Origin: Camelus dromedarius | Taxonomy: Eukaryota | Assembly (NCBI RefSeq): GCF_036321535.1 | Contig: NC_087436.1 | Span: forward strand, 64,668,001 to 64,732,000 | Direction of reading: 5' to 3' | DNA: 64,000 nt | Shown here: in pieces, positions 27,331-41,640 of the stretch | Layout of the letters: each line of letters begins with the position of its first letter | Numbering within the stretch: the stretch's first letter is position 1 | Notes under the pieces: generated by a model | Told to the model about the DNA's origin: nothing | What the model saw: only the letters and a program-made list of their open reading frames with translations | Database searches by the model: none | Position numbers and translations under genes: made by a program

Positions 27331-28169
27331 AGTAAGAAGATTATGGGCAAAACAGTTCATCATTTATATGATGAAATTATGACTCAGTTCTGTTAGCTTA
27401 TTGACCAGCAGATATTTTCCTTAAAAGTAATGTGATAAATTATCATGACTCACAAGCAATAACTGCTCACTGTGTTCAGAAACATTCATCTACCTGAAAA
27501 GAAAGTTATATAATCTTGAAAAATACAACATGATTACAAGATTGCTTTAATTCTCTATTTTCCCTTTTATATTATTACATATTAATATATATACTGGTTA
27601 TAAATGTAATATTCTGCTTACAAAATTTATTTATATCTATGGTACATATATGTGTGTGTATGCATATTATATAATATGCATATGATATATGTAACATATA
27701 GTTTATATAAAATGCAAATGCCCAAATACTTTATTAATAAGTAAAAATTTTATATTTTGAACATACTTAGTAACTTTTATGGGTAATTTCATGAATTTAA
27801 GGAACAAAGTTAATAGGTTATACAGTTTGGAGAGGATTAATGATCAATCAAATTACTTAAGCAACAAAATTCCTTTTCCTTCAAGAAATAATAAGGTACA
27901 CATATTTATACCTTAGACAGTCTTTTATTTAGCTATCTTCCTGAAAATAAAATACAAAGCTCTATGTTATAAAATTTTATCAAACATACTTTATCAGATA
28001 GCCAAGTGCTAATATATCTTTTTGAATATAAAATGAGCATTCTTATTTCTCAATGAGTGGGCTGATTATACATGCAGAAAAAAACTGCATGTAAATGCAC
28101 TAACAAGTTAATAATGGTCACCTTTAGTAGCAACATTATGTGTAATTTAAAATGTTCTTTCTATGGACT

Positions 28170-29603
28170 TGTGTGGGTGTTTTTCTGACACCACTTCTGA
28201 CACCTGTTACATACTGTTTTTCCACACAACAGCTGATTGTTCAACACCAACTTAGTGTCCAGTAATTCAATTCAACTCTGACACTGACTCCTAGAATTAA
28301 AGCAGATCCCACTGGTTACAGGCTTGGTCTCACAGTGTGCCCCCCACTTTAGATGTGAGCCACAAATAGAGTGCTCAGGCTACTGACACTTCTGCCTGGT
28401 GAACGACAGATATAATACTTCCCAAGACCAGCCCCCTCCCCCGGTTCAGTAATTCAAAGTGCTCTACTTACAACTGCAGCTTTATTAAAAAGGGAAAAAC
28501 TTGGGAAAAACCAAATAGAAGCGATGCATAGAGTAGGGGTGGGGGGCCTGAGATTCCAAGGCCTTGTTGCCAAAAGATCAGCCTCCATCCCTGATGAGGT
28601 GAACTGAAACTCAGAGACAGAATTGTAGAGCTTAGAAGAAAAGAGGCAGCTTTATTGCTTTGCCGGGCAAAGGAGACTCATAGCAGGTTAGTGCCTTCAA
28701 AACTGTGAACCCGTCTTGGGGATGGGGCAAGGTGAATATATAGCCATAGCTTAAACAGTAAAGCATCAATAACAATCAACAGAATTATTTTCTTCTCATA
28801 AGACTTAGAGTGGCGTCATGGTGTCTCCAGATGACCAGTCCTATAAAGGCTAGTGGTTGTCGCTCTCTCCGATCTCTTTACCTTATAAGCACGCCTGGCG
28901 TGGTCTTTTTGGTAATTCAGGCTATTTTGTAAGCTTAGAGCCTTATGACCTTCTCCCTGGAAAACGACTCAGAAACCAAGCATGCTTATTACTTTCGATT
29001 ACTGGAATAAAGTAGAAACAATAAGTTAGTATATTAGCTTTAGTTTTAACAATGGGCCTGGAGTTGTGAGTAGCAACCGGTCAGTCTGGTTAGCTGGCCA
29101 GTTTAAGAGCAAGCATAAGAATAAGCAATCTATTAGCCCAAGTGCAGCCATTTTATTAATACTCCTTCAGCTTCCCTGGGCTCCACCCTCCTACCACTTC
29201 AAAGTGTTCGCCAACCTAGAAGCTCCTTGTTAGGGGTTTCAGAGGAGGTTTCATTACAAAGGCATGATTGATTAAATAATTGGACACTGGTGACTAAACT
29301 CAGTCTCCAGCCCCTATCCCCTCCCTAGTCAGGGGAGCAGGTAGGTAGGTGGGAGTGAGGCTGAAAGTTCCAGCTGTCTAATCATGGTTTTGTTTCTCTC
29401 AGACCACTTTCTACCTTTGTACCTTGATGAAGCTAGTTAGCCCCCATTACCCTCCTCCATTCCCTCTAGGCACCACCTCCCCATCATCTCATTAGCATAC
29501 AAAAGACACTGTTACCACTGCAAAGATTTTGAGAGTTTTAGGAGCCAGCCTTGCACCAGGAACCAGGACAAAAGTCAAATATTTATTTTTTTATTATGCC
29601 ATA
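28170..29603 (-). mobile_element. MER21B-like LTR, split by a younger LTR
   Basis: Reverse strand reads aatatttgacttttgtcctggttcctgg...gtgtcttttgtatgctaatgagatga...atgattagacagctggaactttcagcc...atttaatcaatcatgcc...gtgtcagagttgaattgaatt...ggtgtcagaagtg. Confidence 0.75.
28565..29169 (-). mobile_element. Solo ERV LTR (ERV1-like), 605 bp
   Basis: TG...CA ends, 4-bp flanks gcct/gctt, minus-strand AATAAA at 28651-28656, 10 retained CpGs. Confidence 0.75.
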
Positions 29604-30974
29604 GCAATCTTGAATTTTCAAAGTTGGTATAATGAATATATAGTACTCTTACAAAAAATTTTTCCTCAAAATGGCTTGCCCTACATTATGTTCATAAACA
29701 TATAGTGATAGAATAATCTAAAAATGTCATTTTTCCGAGTCATTCTATATTCCTAACCTCTGAAAAATTTCCAAAAACTCATGTCTAATTGCCTATTATT
29801 AATTAATATGCTACTGTGGATATAGGCACATAATGAAAACTCAGTCAAGTCCTATGACAATGAGAGCATTAAATTAATTTATTCATCTCCAAATTCTTTG
29901 CCAAATACAACTCATTCTATTGTTTTTGATTGTTTTTTTTTTTTACACCATTGAAAAAATTCATACAAGAATCTAGTTATGATTTGGGGATTAAAAAATG
30001 TTTAAACTTACTCTGTTTTTATCTTTTTTGTTCATTTTTAAAAATGCAATTGCTATTTATCTTCCTTAGGTTTTAAACATTTGAATAAAGTTTCAAAAAC
30101 AGGTGCATATATTTAGCAATATCTTGTTAAATTCTGTCTTATAAAAGTAAATCTTATGTACTATGGGTTAAACTCACAAATACTGTCCAAAAGTGATTTC
30201 ATCCACTTTTAATATATTTATTCAATGTAGTTTCAGCTTATAAATAATTATACAAGGAATGAATAGATTTTGAACTGTAGATTCCAAATGTAAATAAAGG
30301 TATTTGAATCACTTTTGAATTATTTCCAAGCAGATCATTTTTCTTTTCAACATATAAGCCAATTTTTAATCTCAGTGATTATTTAAGGTCATAGTTCTTT
30401 GAAGTATTAAGTGGAAAATATGATTACTTCCAAAAACTGTATGAAGTACACATGAAATTTCATGGATATCATAATCTTGTGGCTTTCAAGAGTTGTCTTG
30501 GTTGCTATAATCAGAACCAACTAGCAATATGTTTTTTCCTAATACAGTTCTGTCTAAAATGACACAAATTATTTTAAATTGAACATTTTACTTAGTATAA
30601 TGATTATATGTTTATAAATTTGCCAGAAAATTGAACAGAACTTAAAGTTTTAAAAATTTGTTGTGAGAAACTTTCAATAAGTAATATTAAGCTGAAAGAT
30701 GTATAGCCTACAAATTCTAATCAACTCAAGTTTGAGATGCTTCTTGGAAATATTTAAAATAAAATTTTGTTGGTAATATTAAGTTAAATATTATATTTTA
30801 TTTTAATCAAATACTATAGGTAAAAATTTAGTCATAGATTCTGAAATAAATGACCTGCACCCTCTGTTTCTGCTCTTAAATCGACTATAATTGTTGCACT
30901 TGATCCAACATCAATCTGAGATTTCATGTGTTGTGTCTATTTGAAACTATGTGCAAAATAATAAGACAGATGGT

Positions 30975-31170
30975 TAGTATATTGGAGTTTTGCTATGTGG
31001 TAGGCACAGTTCTACATTCTCTACATGTATAAATTTAATCTTTGCAATAACCCTTTGAGATTTCTAAAAGGGTAATTAACTCGCCTTAAAGCCCAACAGC
31101 TAGTTAGTGCCAAAACTTGGATTCCAACAGGCAGTCTGGCTTCAGAGTCCATTTGTTTAATCACTACCAT
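30975..31170 (-). mobile_element. MIR SINE
   Basis: ctatgtggtaggcacagttcta...tttaatctttgcaataaccctttgaga...aggcagtctggcttcagagtccatttgtttaatcactac. Confidence 0.65.
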
Positions 31171-31489
31171 ATATTCTTTGTCATATCACATTGCACACCT
31201 AAAAATAAATTATACATCATTTAAGAGTTTTTTTCTTAGTATATATTATTTTAAATTGAATACATGTTTAAAGAAGCTTTAAATTCAGATATGTATTGGA
31301 ATACATGATAACTAAGAGCCCCATTTTTAAAATCCTGATTATTTTAATATTTTAAATCATAAACTGCAAAATCAGGTTAGAAAATGCAATTTTCAGGAGT
31401 CTTAATGTCACAGCAGTCTTGTTAGGATTAGAGTTAGATATTTCAGAGTTACTAGTATTTAAAATCTATTTTTGAATGAAACCACCCAA

Positions 31490-32030
31490 GAAGAACATTG
31501 TTTCAGTAAAAGTGACTCAGAAAGTATAGTCAGCAAGGTAAGTAAAAAATTATGTCATGAAAGCCAAGAATAGAAGGGAGTCGTCAACTATAGATAATTA
31601 CTGAGTGGTCAAGTATGATAAGATGCAAGAAGTTAACAATGGATTTGGTAATGACAGGGGCATTGTGGAGTTATGACTAAAGTGGGCTGAAATAGAAAAC
31701 TCTTGATAAATTTTTCAGTAAAGGATAACACACAAGATTCTTGGAGAACTTCTGGGATCTAGCAGAAGGTGGGTTTTTTTTTGTTTTTTTCTTTTAAAGT
31801 AAAAAATACCAAAGGGTGTTTGTTGATGGGCATGAGCCAATAAGGAGGAGATACCAGTAAACCAGGAGGGATAATCATTGCAGGAGCACAGTTCTTGAGA
31901 AGCGTCAGAATGAGTGGACATGTTGGCTTTATAAGAACAAAGACACTTCTTTCATTATAATAAGGAAGGCAGTATGTGTGGGTACTGTTGAAAGTATTTG
32001 ATAGATTTGATGTTGGAAAGATGAGAATAT
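31490..32030 (-). mobile_element. L2 LINE fragment
   Basis: tatgtcatgaaagccaagaatagaa...tggtcaagtatgataaga...ggatttggtaatga; resumes after about 32520. Confidence 0.45.
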
Positions 32031-32034
32031 TTCT

Positions 32035-32520
32035 GTCAGTAGTCTTGGTTGAGTTCTCCCAGAAGGGGACTCTGAGCCAAGGATTTAGCACAAACAATTT
32101 ATTAAGGAGTGCTTTCCGAGGAAATCAGTAAGAAAGTGAGGGAAAGCAACATAGATAAGAAGAAGAAGCTATGAAAGTTGTCATTTTGGGTGAAATCTCA
32201 GACTGACCCTTGATCCCAAGGGGAACTCTGGAGTGTAAGTCAGACTTTGGAATTGTCCATCCTTAACGCATAGGAGCTGGCATTGTGTAGCTCCACACTG
32301 TTAGTAGTTGACTATGGGCTTGCTGTGGGTTGAGAGTAGAGTATCAACTCCTAAGCACTTCTGGCTATACGGTCATAGTAGCCCTGGTGCCCCAGAACAA
32401 TCATATGTAGGTCACGGGCAAGCTTTTAGCAGCTAAGCACACAGCAGCTGGGGGATAAACTCAGGACCTGTGCAGGGGATTCTGACAGCTGGACAGTGCA
32501 CCAGTGCATTTGCAACTGTC
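32035..32520 (-). mobile_element. LTR16-like (ERVL) LTR
   Basis: gtcttggttgagttctcccagaaggggactctgagccaaggatttagcacaaacaatttattaaggagtg...ggggaactctggagtgtaa. Confidence 0.55.
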
Positions 32521-34499
32521 AGATTGCTTTTTTTTAAGGAAGTAAGAGGCAATATTCAGCTGAAGGGGTTGGGATAAGGAAGGAAGTTAGAGGCTGAAGG
32601 AAGATACGAAATATTCCTTTTGGGACCTGGGAAAGCGTGTGTGCTAGGGGAGTTCAGTTGGCTTCTTGATATTGTTAAGTGCCATTAGACATTTGTTGTC
32701 ATGAATTTAGCATGTCTAAATGGGGTTATATATAGTGAAAAAATGGAGGGAAAAAAATGAGAGATCTAGAGATGCTAGTAGGTAACAAAAACAACAAGAA
32801 ATAAATGGTGGTAGTCAATATTTGATGGCAAGAGCCTCAGAGGAGCTGGGAGTTTTGACATAGGTGAAATCGTGGTTTGGCAGTGTCACTTCCACTGCTG
32901 GAGTTGTGAGAGAACCAATGTTTGTGTTTGTGTGGTCTTCAGGGAAAGCACTGTCAGCAGGCAGCAATTTCACTTAAAGCATGAAGGTGACAGAATCACC
33001 CAAGGATGACGATTAGAATGTAAGGAAACTTGTTGACATTGGACTATGAGTGTCAAAGGACAGGATGGAATTTGCAGGAAGGAAGGGAAATGATGGAAAG
33101 TTGGTTTGGATTAAGAGATATACAAAGAAATTTTAGAATAAATGGAAGGAATAAGCTCGTAACTTTTTTTTTTTTTTTTTTTTTGGTCCAAATTCATCAC
33201 TTACTATCTCCTTGCAGTCACTTACCATCTTGGGCAATAGAGTTCCTACACAGTAGCAACGGAAAATTCCCCTAAATATATGAGAATACTGCTTACAGTC
33301 TGCCTTAGGTACATACATTTTCTCCCCAAATTCTAGAAAATTCTAAGATACATAATCTTAAGAATCACAGGTCAGGCTATTTAACTATATTCTAATTCAT
33401 AAAAGGAGACTAAAATGCTCTATGATTAAAGTTAGTTAAATAGATGATCACTGATTGGCAAATTAAACATTCACAAAGGTTATGGACTACACAAATGGGC
33501 TGAAAAACTTATCGACATGCTCTGGGTATATATCAGTTTCCCCTAATTCCAAGGGACTACCTCTCATTTAAAAAAAAAAATTATTTTGTATTTCAGCTTT
33601 TCTCATTCTGTTTCCCAGGACTGCCTTTTACAGGAGTGTTACTTTGTTGTATTAAATATATATATTTATATATATACAACCTTATATTAAAAGTGGTGAA
33701 AGCATATAGGTCATAGTTATTTAAAATAAAGGACTATGTAGTAAATCATTGGATTTGTAATTAAAATGTGCAGACAGTATAGTGGAATGTTAAGTGTCTT
33801 GAGCTGCTCAGTCCACACTTGAAAATTTCCTAATCTAATTTTCTCTTGGTGGAGTCCCAGTTGTTGGATTTTTCCACTACATACACTTATGTATTTTTAA
33901 AAGGTCTGTCATCAAAGTCCCTGGCACTTTTATAAATGTGCTATTTGAGTTTGTATTCTAGAATACTCTGGAATGTTGTCTATAGAAGGTAGTATTTTCA
34001 ATCAGACATTTAAATGTGCTAACACAAAAACTCTCTCAGTCCCAGAACCAAGATTGATAGTCTAAGGTTATAATTTCATACTGTTTAATTATAAGGAAAA
34101 TAAACCATGAGTATGAAAAGTAATAATTTATCAACAAAAGTGTTGACCTAATTGGATATTAATATCTTACATATATAGCAAGATGTAAGTCCAAAAAATG
34201 GCACGTATCTTTGCGATAGTCATTGTCATTGCAATTCTCTCACTTTTCTGCCTTCTTTGAATTGACCATATCTTGCTCAGTTAGCTGTAGAAGGGTTCCT
34301 AAAATTGCCAGATCTCTTATTCAATAACTTTCATTAGTGCAGTGTAACAAAGCAATAAATACACAACATCTCAGTTAATACCTACAGGAAGCCTATTAGT
34401 AAAATAATTACGCTCATTTGTTTTACTAGTTTTTTTTTTTTAATGTTTTAATTTTTTTCCTTTTTTTTTTTTTCACTAGCCTTCCTGTACATTTTCTGT

Positions 34500-35500
34500 T
34501 ACTTGCTGATATAAAATTTGAATGCTTTGGCTATTTCATGTATCTTCTCCCAGTCTATCATGTCGCTGTTGATTTTGCCTTTCTTACAGAGAAATATGTA
34601 TATTTAAACCATTAACTTTTTCCTCTGTGGTGTGTACTTTTGAGGTCTTTGGACTACATTTTGGGTTCCTTATGTAATGAGCCAAGCTTCCAACATCATT
34701 TGCCAAATAATTCGTACTTTTCCTCCATATTAGTGCTGCTACACTGTCCTGTATCAAATCTCTGTTTCTGTGCTCTCTCCTCTATCCCGTGGACATTCAC
34801 TTTGTTCCTACAACATTACTACATTATTAACAAAACTTGCTTAATATCTGGTACCGTCCTCCCATTTTGATCGTCACTTTCAAAACTACTTTAGCTACTC
34901 ATAGACTTTCATTTTCCTGCCAAGTAAATTTCAGAATCAGTTTTTGAAGTTCTTCTGATACATTCCTTACTATTCTGGAACAAATCTTAATTGATCATGA
35001 AGTTTATGCACTGTTAGATTTTGTTATTTAACAGCTTATTTAGGGATTTTATGTAGGTTCTTAAAATGTTCTCATTTATTTCTTTATTCTCTTAAATTGC
35101 CCTTACCTGGTAAGTTATAGTAAAACTTTACTTCTCTTTTGTTTAGATCTGACCTATATGAGAAAAAGATTATGTTACTTGAATGTTATCTAAAACTTAT
35201 TTGTAGAACATTTGGGGGCTTGAAGCTTTTTTGGAGATGTAACAACAGATGGATAATTATTCATGTGTATGTATGCATATTTTATTAGTTACTGATTTCT
35301 ACTTTAATGTCATCATCATCAGAGAATACATTCTGATTGATGTTCATTCTTAGCACCTTATTGAGGCTGCCATTGGCCTAAAATGTGATTGATTTAAGAA
35401 TTGTTATTTTAGTATATGGAGCTTTTTATATATCTCCAAAATTGGATTTATTTACTATAGTGCTTATATTTTCTTTAATATTTCTTTTTTTCTCATTGAC
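34500..35500 (-). mobile_element. Highly diverged L1 (L1ME-like) ORF2 remnants
   Basis: ccaacatcatttgccaaataa...cttaatatctggta...gtaaatttcagaatcagttt reverse-L1 motifs. Confidence 0.45.
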
Positions 35501-36974
35501 ATAGTTTTAAGAAGATCATTTTTAGATTTCTAGAATTTAATTAGGGACAGTAACATCTTACAGGGCTTCTGTATTAAGAGCAGAAATGTGGTAGAGATCT
35601 TGGATCATTAGGCCTCCTCACTGTCCTGTTAAGTAGCTAGGGGCATAGACTATTCTTTTCTTGGTTCCACTCAAATATAAAAACATCCCAGTAAGATTAT
35701 TTTATTCACTGTGGAGGTGAGTGAACTGAGGCTTATGAAGGTTAAATTATTTGACCAAAAGTAAATAAAACTTGTCTGCTTCCTATTATTTCAGTGCCTC
35801 CTATAGTTCCATTTATTGGAATCTTTAGTAAGTACAAACATGTCTTAAATGTTTGGTTGTGCTCTTTTTATGTTTTAGTTATTCTTACAAGCCATTTATA
35901 ATAAGGTGTTTATTCACAGAAGGGGTATGATGAATGTTTCTGTTGCAAGTTGTTGAAACAAGAGGTGATGATACCATATGGTATGAGAAAGAATGTAACA
36001 GCAGTTCAATCTGTCAAAACACATTTGGCAAGAATATCAAAAAGTTATTAATTTCCTGACTTATTTTACTTAACTTAAAAGTCTGTGTGTTTTCTAAGTT
36101 GAAAAAAGAAACCCTGAAAGTATGTAATATATATTCTTTAAAGTACTTAATCTCCTTGCATTCCAATGACCAAATTTTATCGGCTCTCTTCAAAAAAAGT
36201 CAGTGAATTCTGACTCACGTTAGTCTAAAAAACGTTAGCTCTTCAATAGTGAGCTGGAAAACGTGATTTTAACTATAAGTATTAATAAATAAAAGATGTC
36301 TATTTGTTGCTAATATTTTTTGGATCCTGAGATATTTCTGACTAGAGTCACAGTTTTCATTGATTACAAGATAAAATTTATTTTAAAATAAATACAAGTT
36401 TCTCTTTAGATAGGTATTTTTCCATTTATTTTATCTTTCCTATTCAAGGTTTCAACTTTTCAAAAAATTGTAAGAAAAATATTAATGAACAGTTTTAGAA
36501 CATATATCTCAATTAATTTTCACAAACATTTCACATGATTCTTTGTCTTTTATTCCTTCCTTTTTGGTCAAATGATTGCGTTTAGTGAAACGTTACAGTT
36601 ACTTAATGGACTTTTCAACACTTAAGATGCAATATATTTATGAATTAAATTTGATTTTTATGTAACCCAGAGAACTCTCTATTTTAATGTTTGTAAGGAA
36701 TCTGGATATACTTCATTTGAAATGAGACTGTAAATATTCATAGCATTTATTTACTAAGCCTAAAGAAATCTTAAAATGAAACATTGGATAAACTGAAGCT
36801 TTTTAAACTTAACTATTAAATAAAGATCATGCCATAAAGAGGCAGTGACTCCCTCTTCCTCTTTGGATTTCTACTTAATATAAGAATTTCCAAAACACTT
36901 AAAATGAAAACTGTGTGGTTTTCCGTACAGTTCCTTTTTTGAGGTCAGAAGGTCAAAATACAACAGTGATTGTA

Positions 36975-37250
36975 ATAGCAAATATTTATATAGTACTTTG
37001 ATATATTAAGATTTTGTGTATTTTAGTGTTTCTGTGTATTAATTAAAGGTGCCACACCCTTTTATTTAATATGCACAACAGCCCTATGAACAAAGTTCTA
37101 TATTTATCCCCATTTTGCCGATGAGCAATGTGAGACCGAGAGAGGTTGAATAATTAGCCTAGGGTTGCAGACTTAATAAAAGCTCAGCTGGCATTCAGAC
37201 TCAGGCAGGCTGGTTCACAAATCCATGCTTTCAGGCGCTGTGATATACTA
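36975..37250 (-). mobile_element. MIR SINE
   Basis: cacaacagccctatga...tatccccattttgccgatgagcaatgtgagaccgagagaggttgaataattagcctagggttgcag...ctcaggcaggctgg. Confidence 0.7.
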
Positions 37251-40189
37251 CTGTATGTACGTTAATATTAAGAAGTAATCATATAGTGATCTTTTTTGCT
37301 ACCAACATAAGATTCCAAAATTTTATATCTTACTTGCTTGAAACCTAACAATTGATTTTCATCAATCTGATGGATATACTAAATTGTCATAAGTTTGTAG
37401 CTATGTACAATATAATTTATTATTCATTCTCATAATTTATACCCTTAATTTCTTTAATATATAAGTTAGTTCTCACCTATATTAAATTATAAAAATTTGC
37501 ATAACACTGAGTTGTGGAGATAATATAATTAAAGTTTTATCAGTCATTGATTTAATATTTATTGATCCTGATTTATTATACTCAATTCTGCCTAATTTCA
37601 GATTATCCAACTCATCATCAGTATGAAATCTGTGATTAAAAATTTAATATTGGTGTATGCTCTCAAATCTGCAATATTATTATAAGGACTTTGAAGCATG
37701 GGAATGAAAATGTTCATGATCTATTCAAAGCCATTTATTTTATTTATTTAGTTCATTTCATTTTCCTCTTAATATTTTTATATGAACAAAGTGTAGAAAT
37801 ATAGCTTTAGTAGTAATACTTTAATAGCAGTAAAATTCACAGTTGAAATAGAATCATATTCTCTTTTGTTCATAATTTTAATATTTACATTATAGGACTT
37901 TCGTATTTTTGAAGAATTTTTAATATCTTTAATACTTAGTGATTTAAACACATGATCATGATGAAACGTTTTTCATATTTTACTCAAATGTTGAATTACA
38001 CCCTAAATGGCTTTTCCTTTTACTCTTCCTACAGTGGTTGAAGAAAAGGTGAGAATTGAATATAGTAATATAATTCTAGGATAGTATAGTCCTAATATAA
38101 AATACATTTGAATGAAATATAAAGCTTTTAGGATTTCTATCGTAAGTGTTACTAATTGATTGAGCATTTTCGATAAATATGGTGAGGCATAAACATGAAA
38201 TGTTTAAATTTTTCTATGATCACTACTCTTCTAGGTATGGTATCTTAAATATCCCTTAACCACTTGGTAGAAGATACCTTAATGCCATCTTAGACAGATC
38301 TTGCTACTTTGTCAGGCTATTCTGGTTATTAAATATCTGACCAATTTAAAACTTGAATAACATATCCCATTTAAAACATCCTTCCTCCATTGCCTGCTAA
38401 GATTTGTGGCTGAGGGAGTGGTATAGATAAGGGTGTTTCTTTTCTCCCTCTCTCCACTGTTTTATATGTTCTGTAAACACTGCAATACTAAAAAGCCTTG
38501 TCTTTACTCTTCCAGTTTTAAAGACTGAGGACCCCTGGATTGATAGTATGGCAAAGCAGTGTCTCATAGATTACTCCTAAGTGAAGTCTGTTAGCTTGGG
38601 TTGCTAGAATGTGGGTAACTAAATCCTCTTTGTCCTCAGTTTGGGAGCCTCATTATTGGGCAACAGGGACAGCCCAGTCAACATACAGAAACATTAGTAT
38701 TTATTACCCTTTTTTCTTCAATGAAAAATGAATACTTTTATCTTGAGAAATTCACTCACATTACCTTTATCATTCCTGCAATAAACAGCATGATCACTCT
38801 CCTTCTCACTGTTAAGTATACAGTTCACTCACCAACACCAGTTAGCTAATTCTCCAACAATTAATTCCAAAGGATCCCAGAATATATTAATCTTGAAATC
38901 GGTGAGATCAACAATTCTGCCTAAGCCATTCATTTCCCTTTACCTGTTGTGATTTATTAATGCCCAGATCTTTTGACTTGATGATTAAATTTTCAGATAT
39001 GGCTCCCATCACTCCAACTTTCTTCACATCAAACCTTATCCATCCTGCTTTTTTAAAAAATTCTCTACCATCTGGTAAATAGAAAGGGAGGTTTTAAGTT
39101 ACTTAAAGAATTAATCCTCTTTGTATCTTGAATTTTAGGTAATATTTCCTTCAAAAACTGTGTCAAAAATAATATTTTATTTTAAACTCTTAAAGTCAGA
39201 GAAAGACTATTCTACAAGAACTTGATTCATTCATATTGTTTCTATCCATTTATCATCTATCTCTACTGATATACTATATTATGTCTTTCCATCATAGTAT
39301 TAATTTATAAGTTAATATTTTGGTTAAGAAGTCTGCCCTCTTGAAGATGTCTTTTGAGCTAAGTGTCCATGGGGCTAGATTTTAACAGCCTTTTTGAGTG
39401 CTTTGGGATTGTTACAGAATACATAAACATGCATAATTATTATCAATCTAAGCAGAGGCCCCTAAAATTCCAATCTTGATTCTAATGATCATGTGTAAAG
39501 ATAATTTTATGACACTAATATTTAAATCAAGTTTTCAATTTTAGATATGAGCATAAAATGGTAAAATAAAATGACAAAAGAAAAATATATTTGCTAAGGA
39601 AAGGAGTATCTTTTTTCTTATTTGTGTGTTAAAAATTGTCTTACAAGGTATTTTACTTCATTTTCAATGTCTCTTATAAATTGTAATATAGCCTGTAAGT
39701 TCATATTAACATCTGCCAAGAGTATCTTAAGACTTTATGTCCATGTTTTCATAAAACCTTAAAATAACTGCAGTAAAATTATTTTAGTCTTACAACTTGG
39801 AATAAGGTTTCGTTTCAGTGGACTTTCGTTGGTAAATCAGAATGAAAGTTATTCAACTTTAGAAATATATGTTTTATAAAATTAAAAAGATTAATCAATA
39901 GCATATAGCTTTGTCACTATACCTATTATCAGCAATTTAGTTTGGATTTGATGGAGAGACATTCTAAAACTAGATTCTCTAAGCCAATAGAATATCTGAC
40001 AAAATGATGGAAGACACTGACATATTATAGGTAATCTTCAGTGATCTTTGAATTTTGAACCATTGTATATTATTCATGTCATTCTGGAAGTAAAATTAAT
40101 GAATGGTTCTTTGTCATTAGCATGAATTTATATATTGAATAAGAACTAGGAATTCTTCAGTTAAAAGATACTAATTAAATGCTTTATTA

Positions 40190-40560
40190 TTACACAGGCT
40201 AAGACACTATAAAAAATTAAAATATAGTGGCTTAAACTTATGTGGGAGTCTAGAAATAGGTGGTCTAAATCTTATACAGCAGCTCTCCATCAATAAACAG
40301 CTTTCATTTCCAGGTCTAAGGCTTCACTGTCACTTTCTCCTTAGCAAAAGGGAAGGGAAAAAAATGGTCATGGAAAGCCCAGTTCTGACCCTCTAAGTGG
40401 CAAGACCCAGAAATGTCATAATTCACTTCTGTTCACATTCCAGTGGACACTACTTAAACACATAGCCATGTCTAATTCTAGGTACACATAGCTGTAGCTA
40501 ACTCTAAGTAAAGCTGGAATTACAGTCTTTATTAATGAGTAGAGCAAATGGCTGATGCCC
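40190..40560 (-). mobile_element. MLT1 (MaLR) LTR fragment
   Basis: aatatagtggcttaaac...cacttctgttcacattccagtggac...catagccatgtctaatt. Confidence 0.5.
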
Positions 40561-41051
40561 ACAATTGCCAGCAGAAACTGCTGAACTGCACCTTCACTTT
40601 TTTGGTATTTCACATTAAAGGCAAACATTTTACTCCAGCAATTATAGTGCCAGTTTTGTATTTTATTTTTTGAAACATTTGGATAGCTTAATACAATTTT
40701 ATAGGGCATTTTTGCATGTATTCCTAAATGGTAAACTCTGTAACTTTCTTTACTTCACATGGAACAATATAAATTACAATAGAGTCATTCCAGTCATGAA
40801 CTTGGCATCACAGATAGAATATACTGATGAAACAGCAATGCATATAGTGAAATAAATATCATGTTATTATGTTCTATAACTTTCCAATGTTAATATAAGG
40901 ATGAGATTTTCTTTCTAGGTACAGTTTACAGATGTTGAATATGATCAGTTCTTTGAAATTCTTCTCTATCTTTTCACACATCCATGGCATTATTTAAATA
41001 TCTCTTGGAATTTCATTTTCTGGCTTAAAACTCTTTGATTGTGCTAGTCCA

Positions 41052-41243
41052 ACACAGTCCGATAGAACTTTCTGTGAAGACAGAAATGTTCTAGAACTGC
41101 ACTGTTCAGTATGGCAACTACTGAAGCTTTTGAGTACTTATAATGTAACTAGTGTGACTAAGGAACTGAATTTTAAACTTTATTTCATTTTAATGAATTT
41201 AAATAAACCCCTGTTGCCAGTAGTCTCCATATTAGACAGGAGA
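41052..41243. mobile_element. MER3 (hAT-Charlie) MITE
   Basis: gtccgatagaactttctgtgaagacagaaatgttcta...tagtgtgactaaggaactgaattttaaactttatttcattttaa...atattagacag. Confidence 0.75.
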
Positions 41244-41414
41244 GTCACTTCCTGCTCCATCTACAAACTTGTTTCTGCCACATCTATTTTACTGCATAAT
41301 ATTACTCCTGAAACATCCGCAAATGAATTTATTCAACAGTTATTTTCTGGTATTTTATTCTGTGGCTGATAAATTCTGTATTTTTAGGATGAAGATTGTC
41401 TAATAATAACTATG

Positions 41415-41640
41415 TAATACTTACTGAATACAGTATGTCAGGCACTGTTCTGAGCACTTGATACAAAGTACATCATTTCATTATCACAAGAAACTTGCAT
41501 TATAATTATCACCATTTTACAGATGTATAAACTGACACAATCACAGGTTAATTAGTTTTTGCCTAAGATCAAATAGTAAGTGACTGAACTAGGATGTAGA
41601 CCTCAGGCAAACTGGCTTCAAATCGCAGACTCTGACTCCT
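41415..41640 (-). mobile_element. MIR SINE
   Basis: tatgtcaggcactgttctgagcact...attatcaccattttacagatgtataaactga...gcctaagatc. Confidence 0.65.
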
